DNA of 39,358 nt from positions 1 to 39,358 of the forward strand of contig CAYZTE010000005.1 of the NCBI GenBank assembly GCA_964481225.1, written 5' to 3'. A program made the position numbers and the translations under genes. Source of the stretch: an uncultured archaeon (GTDB lineage: Archaea; Asgardarchaeota; Lokiarchaeia; Sigyniarchaeales; SOKP01). Below, one piece after another: positions 37,661 through 39,358 of the stretch. How positions within the stretch are numbered: position 1 is the first letter of the stretch; the number at the start of each line of letters is the position of its first letter. Below the pieces are notes generated by a model that searched no databases, was not told where the DNA came from, and was given only the letters and a program-made list of their open reading frames with translations.

Positions 37661-38449
37661 TTGATTGAAAGATCTCAATCTTTTTATCTGAATAATAAGA
37701 ATTGTGAACTTGTCCAACAAATAACAGAGAATTTTTTACAAAAAATAACATATTCTATAGAGACTGTAAGATTAGGAAAAACATTATTAAGAGTAAGTTA
37801 TTTTAATGACAAAATTGGCAAGGAATCTCAAAAAACCAATAGAATTACCATTCTGGAAGAACCTGACAAAAGGGTTTATATTCAAGTTAAAGGAAAATTA
37901 ACTGATGGGCAGATTGGAGAACTATGGAGTCAACTGGAGAAAAATTTTAAAATACATGAAGGAGTGGAAACGGAAAGTGAAAGAGGTCTACCAAAGGACA
38001 GAATAATGGAAGAAATATTCGAGTTGATTCAAGAAAAGGGGTACAACCTGGAAAAGGATGAAGTCCGAGATTTTATTGAAAATTATCTTTCGCAATATGG
38101 TAGGCTACCAAAAAGAACCGAATTCCATTCTATTGCTAATGGATACATAAAAATGGTCAATGAAAAAAACATTATAGAAGAATTAAACGTAAATTTATCT
38201 AAAAAAGATTTGATTTCTGAAAGGGTGGAGCCCATACTGAAAAAATCTGAAGTTTCATTAAATAACAATGTCAATGATGGGGTTTTTCTAGTTGAAAAAA
38301 GAAGTGGACGTAGGAAATGTCCTAGTTGTGGAAATGAAGGTTTAATTCATGAAGTTGATGATAAAAACGTTATTCTCTTTGATTATCCTCGGATTTATGG
38401 AAAAAAGAATTGTTGTGCTGATTGTGGATATGAATGGAGAGAGTGCTAA
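37661..38449 (+). CDS. Hypothetical multidomain protein with a C-terminal zinc ribbon
   Basis: RRKCPSCG...IHEVDDK..L.DYPRIYGKK.CCADCGYEW. Confidence 0.75.
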   Translation: MIERSQSFYLNNKNCELVQQITENFLQKITYSIETVRLGKTLLRVSYFNDKIGKESQKTNRITILEEPDKRVYIQVKGKLTDGQIGELWSQLEKNFKIHEGVETESERGLPKDRIMEEIFELIQEKGYNLEKDEVRDFIENYLSQYGRLPKRTEFHSIANGYIKMVNEKNIIEELNVNLSKKDLISERVEPILKKSEVSLNNNVNDGVFLVEKRSGRRKCPSCGNEGLIHEVDDKNVILFDYPRIYGKKNCCADCGYEWREC

Positions 38450-38508
38450 GAAATATCTCCTATTTATGATTAAATATATTCTTATTTTATAATGACTTTT
38501 TAATTTTT

Positions 38509-39132
38509 ATGCCAAGCTGGAATGATATATTTACCGAAAGAGGCAAATATTTCGAAAAACCTCATACTGATATGGAAAAAGTTGCTCGAGGTTTCAAAGA
38601 GAAAGGAATAAGGAAGATTTTAGATCTTGGCTGCGGAACTGGTCGACATCTCGTCTTTTTTTCAAAATTAGGTTTTGAAATGCATGGCTTTGACACCTCT
38701 CCTAAAGCAATTTCAATTGCACGTGAATGGTTGGCCAAAGAGCACCAGGAAGCTGAACTTAAAATTAATCGAATGGAAAAACGATTTCCATATGATGATG
38801 AATTTTTTGACGCGATTATATCAATCCAAGTAATTCACCATAATTTAATGAAAGATATTATCTATACTGTTAATGAAATTGAGAGAGTTTTAAAGCCAAA
38901 AGGCATGATTTTCATAACTTTTCCTATATTCGGTTCTGGTTCTATTATTGATGAGTGGAAGTTAGAAAAAGTTGAAAAAGGGACCTATCTTCCTCAGTCT
39001 GGTAAAGAGAAAGGTCTTCTACATCATTTTTTTACGGAAGATGAGATTTTTCAAGTTTTTAGTGCATTTGATCTTTTAGATGTTTATATAAATGAAACAA
39101 AACACAGAGCAATATTAGGTCTTAAAAGGTAA
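38509..39132 (+). CDS. Class I SAM-dependent methyltransferase
   Basis: ILDLGCGTGRH, GFD.S, FFDAIIS..VIHH and RVLKPKG. Confidence 0.92.
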   Translation: MPSWNDIFTERGKYFEKPHTDMEKVARGFKEKGIRKILDLGCGTGRHLVFFSKLGFEMHGFDTSPKAISIAREWLAKEHQEAELKINRMEKRFPYDDEFFDAIISIQVIHHNLMKDIIYTVNEIERVLKPKGMIFITFPIFGSGSIIDEWKLEKVEKGTYLPQSGKEKGLLHHFFTEDEIFQVFSAFDLLDVYINETKHRAILGLKR

Positions 39133-39142
39133 GACAATGCTT

Positions 39143-39244
39143 TTAGTATTCCTTTACTAATTTTGGCAAGAATAAGTAGACAATAGATGTCACCACCAAC
39201 CCAACAAAAACTACGGAAATTAAGACTTTGTATTGCTTTTTTAT
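39143..39244 (-). CDS. Possible 33-aa single-TM peptide with an ATA start, or the N-terminal remnant of a membrane protein gene
   Basis: AGGTGG-ttttct-ATA AAA AAG..., translating to (M)KKQYKVLISVVFVGLVVTSIVYLFLPKLVKEY*. Confidence 0.35.
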   Translation of the reverse strand: MKKQYKVLISVVFVGLVVTSIVYLFLPKLVKEY

Positions 39245-39358
39245 AGAAAACCACCTAAATAAGAAAAAATTAAATCAAAAAAGATTTCATAAAAATTTAA
39301 AATAAAAAAATAAAAATTTAAGTTTATACTGGCTCGAAACCTAAATCTACTCTAGTTT

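Noticed and set aside
13608-38274. Remaining shadow ORFs (13608, 13884, 17513, 18344, 20475, 22179, 24365, 26539, 27980, 29863, 31824, 31984, 35777, 35860, 36354, 36785, 37118, 37376, 38083)
   Set aside because: Antisense to motif-supported genes, with composition mirroring the sense-strand codon bias.
1-39358. CRISPR arrays, tRNA/rRNA genes, IS elements, integrases
   Set aside because: No regularly spaced repeats, structured GC-rich RNA segments or transposase/integrase motifs were seen by eye.

Overview
AT-rich archaeal chromosomal segment, most likely Asgard (Lokiarchaeia-like). This is inferred from a single-domain gelsolin, Alba, a histone fold, a nurA-herA-mre11-rad50 cluster, a SEC11-type signal peptidase and GGTGA-type ribosome-binding sites. 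About 33 genes can be supported. Left: a catabolic block (M29 aminopeptidase, class III aminotransferase, FGGY kinase, GPH/MFS transporter, acyl-CoA ligase). Next come tRNA modification and repair genes (Taw2, Trm11-like, Nth, PCMT, PfpI). The middle holds eukaryote-like or unusual proteins (GIFT/IFT52-like domain fused to an RHH, a mu-homology-like multi-sandwich protein, a membrane TIR protein, a degenerate REase-fold protein, gelsolin). The right holds a genome-maintenance region (UvrD, DEDDh exonuclease, Rad50/Mre11/HerA/NurA, YhaM, short-alpha3 histone, Alba). Reading outside the ORF track showed a decayed second copy of the ligase 3' end, so the MFS gene sits between the two copies. It also showed a PfpI gene that appears to start at ATC and a small ATA-started membrane ORF. 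I saw no rRNA, tRNA, CRISPR array or transposase. All protein calls come from motif recognition by eye, not database searches.
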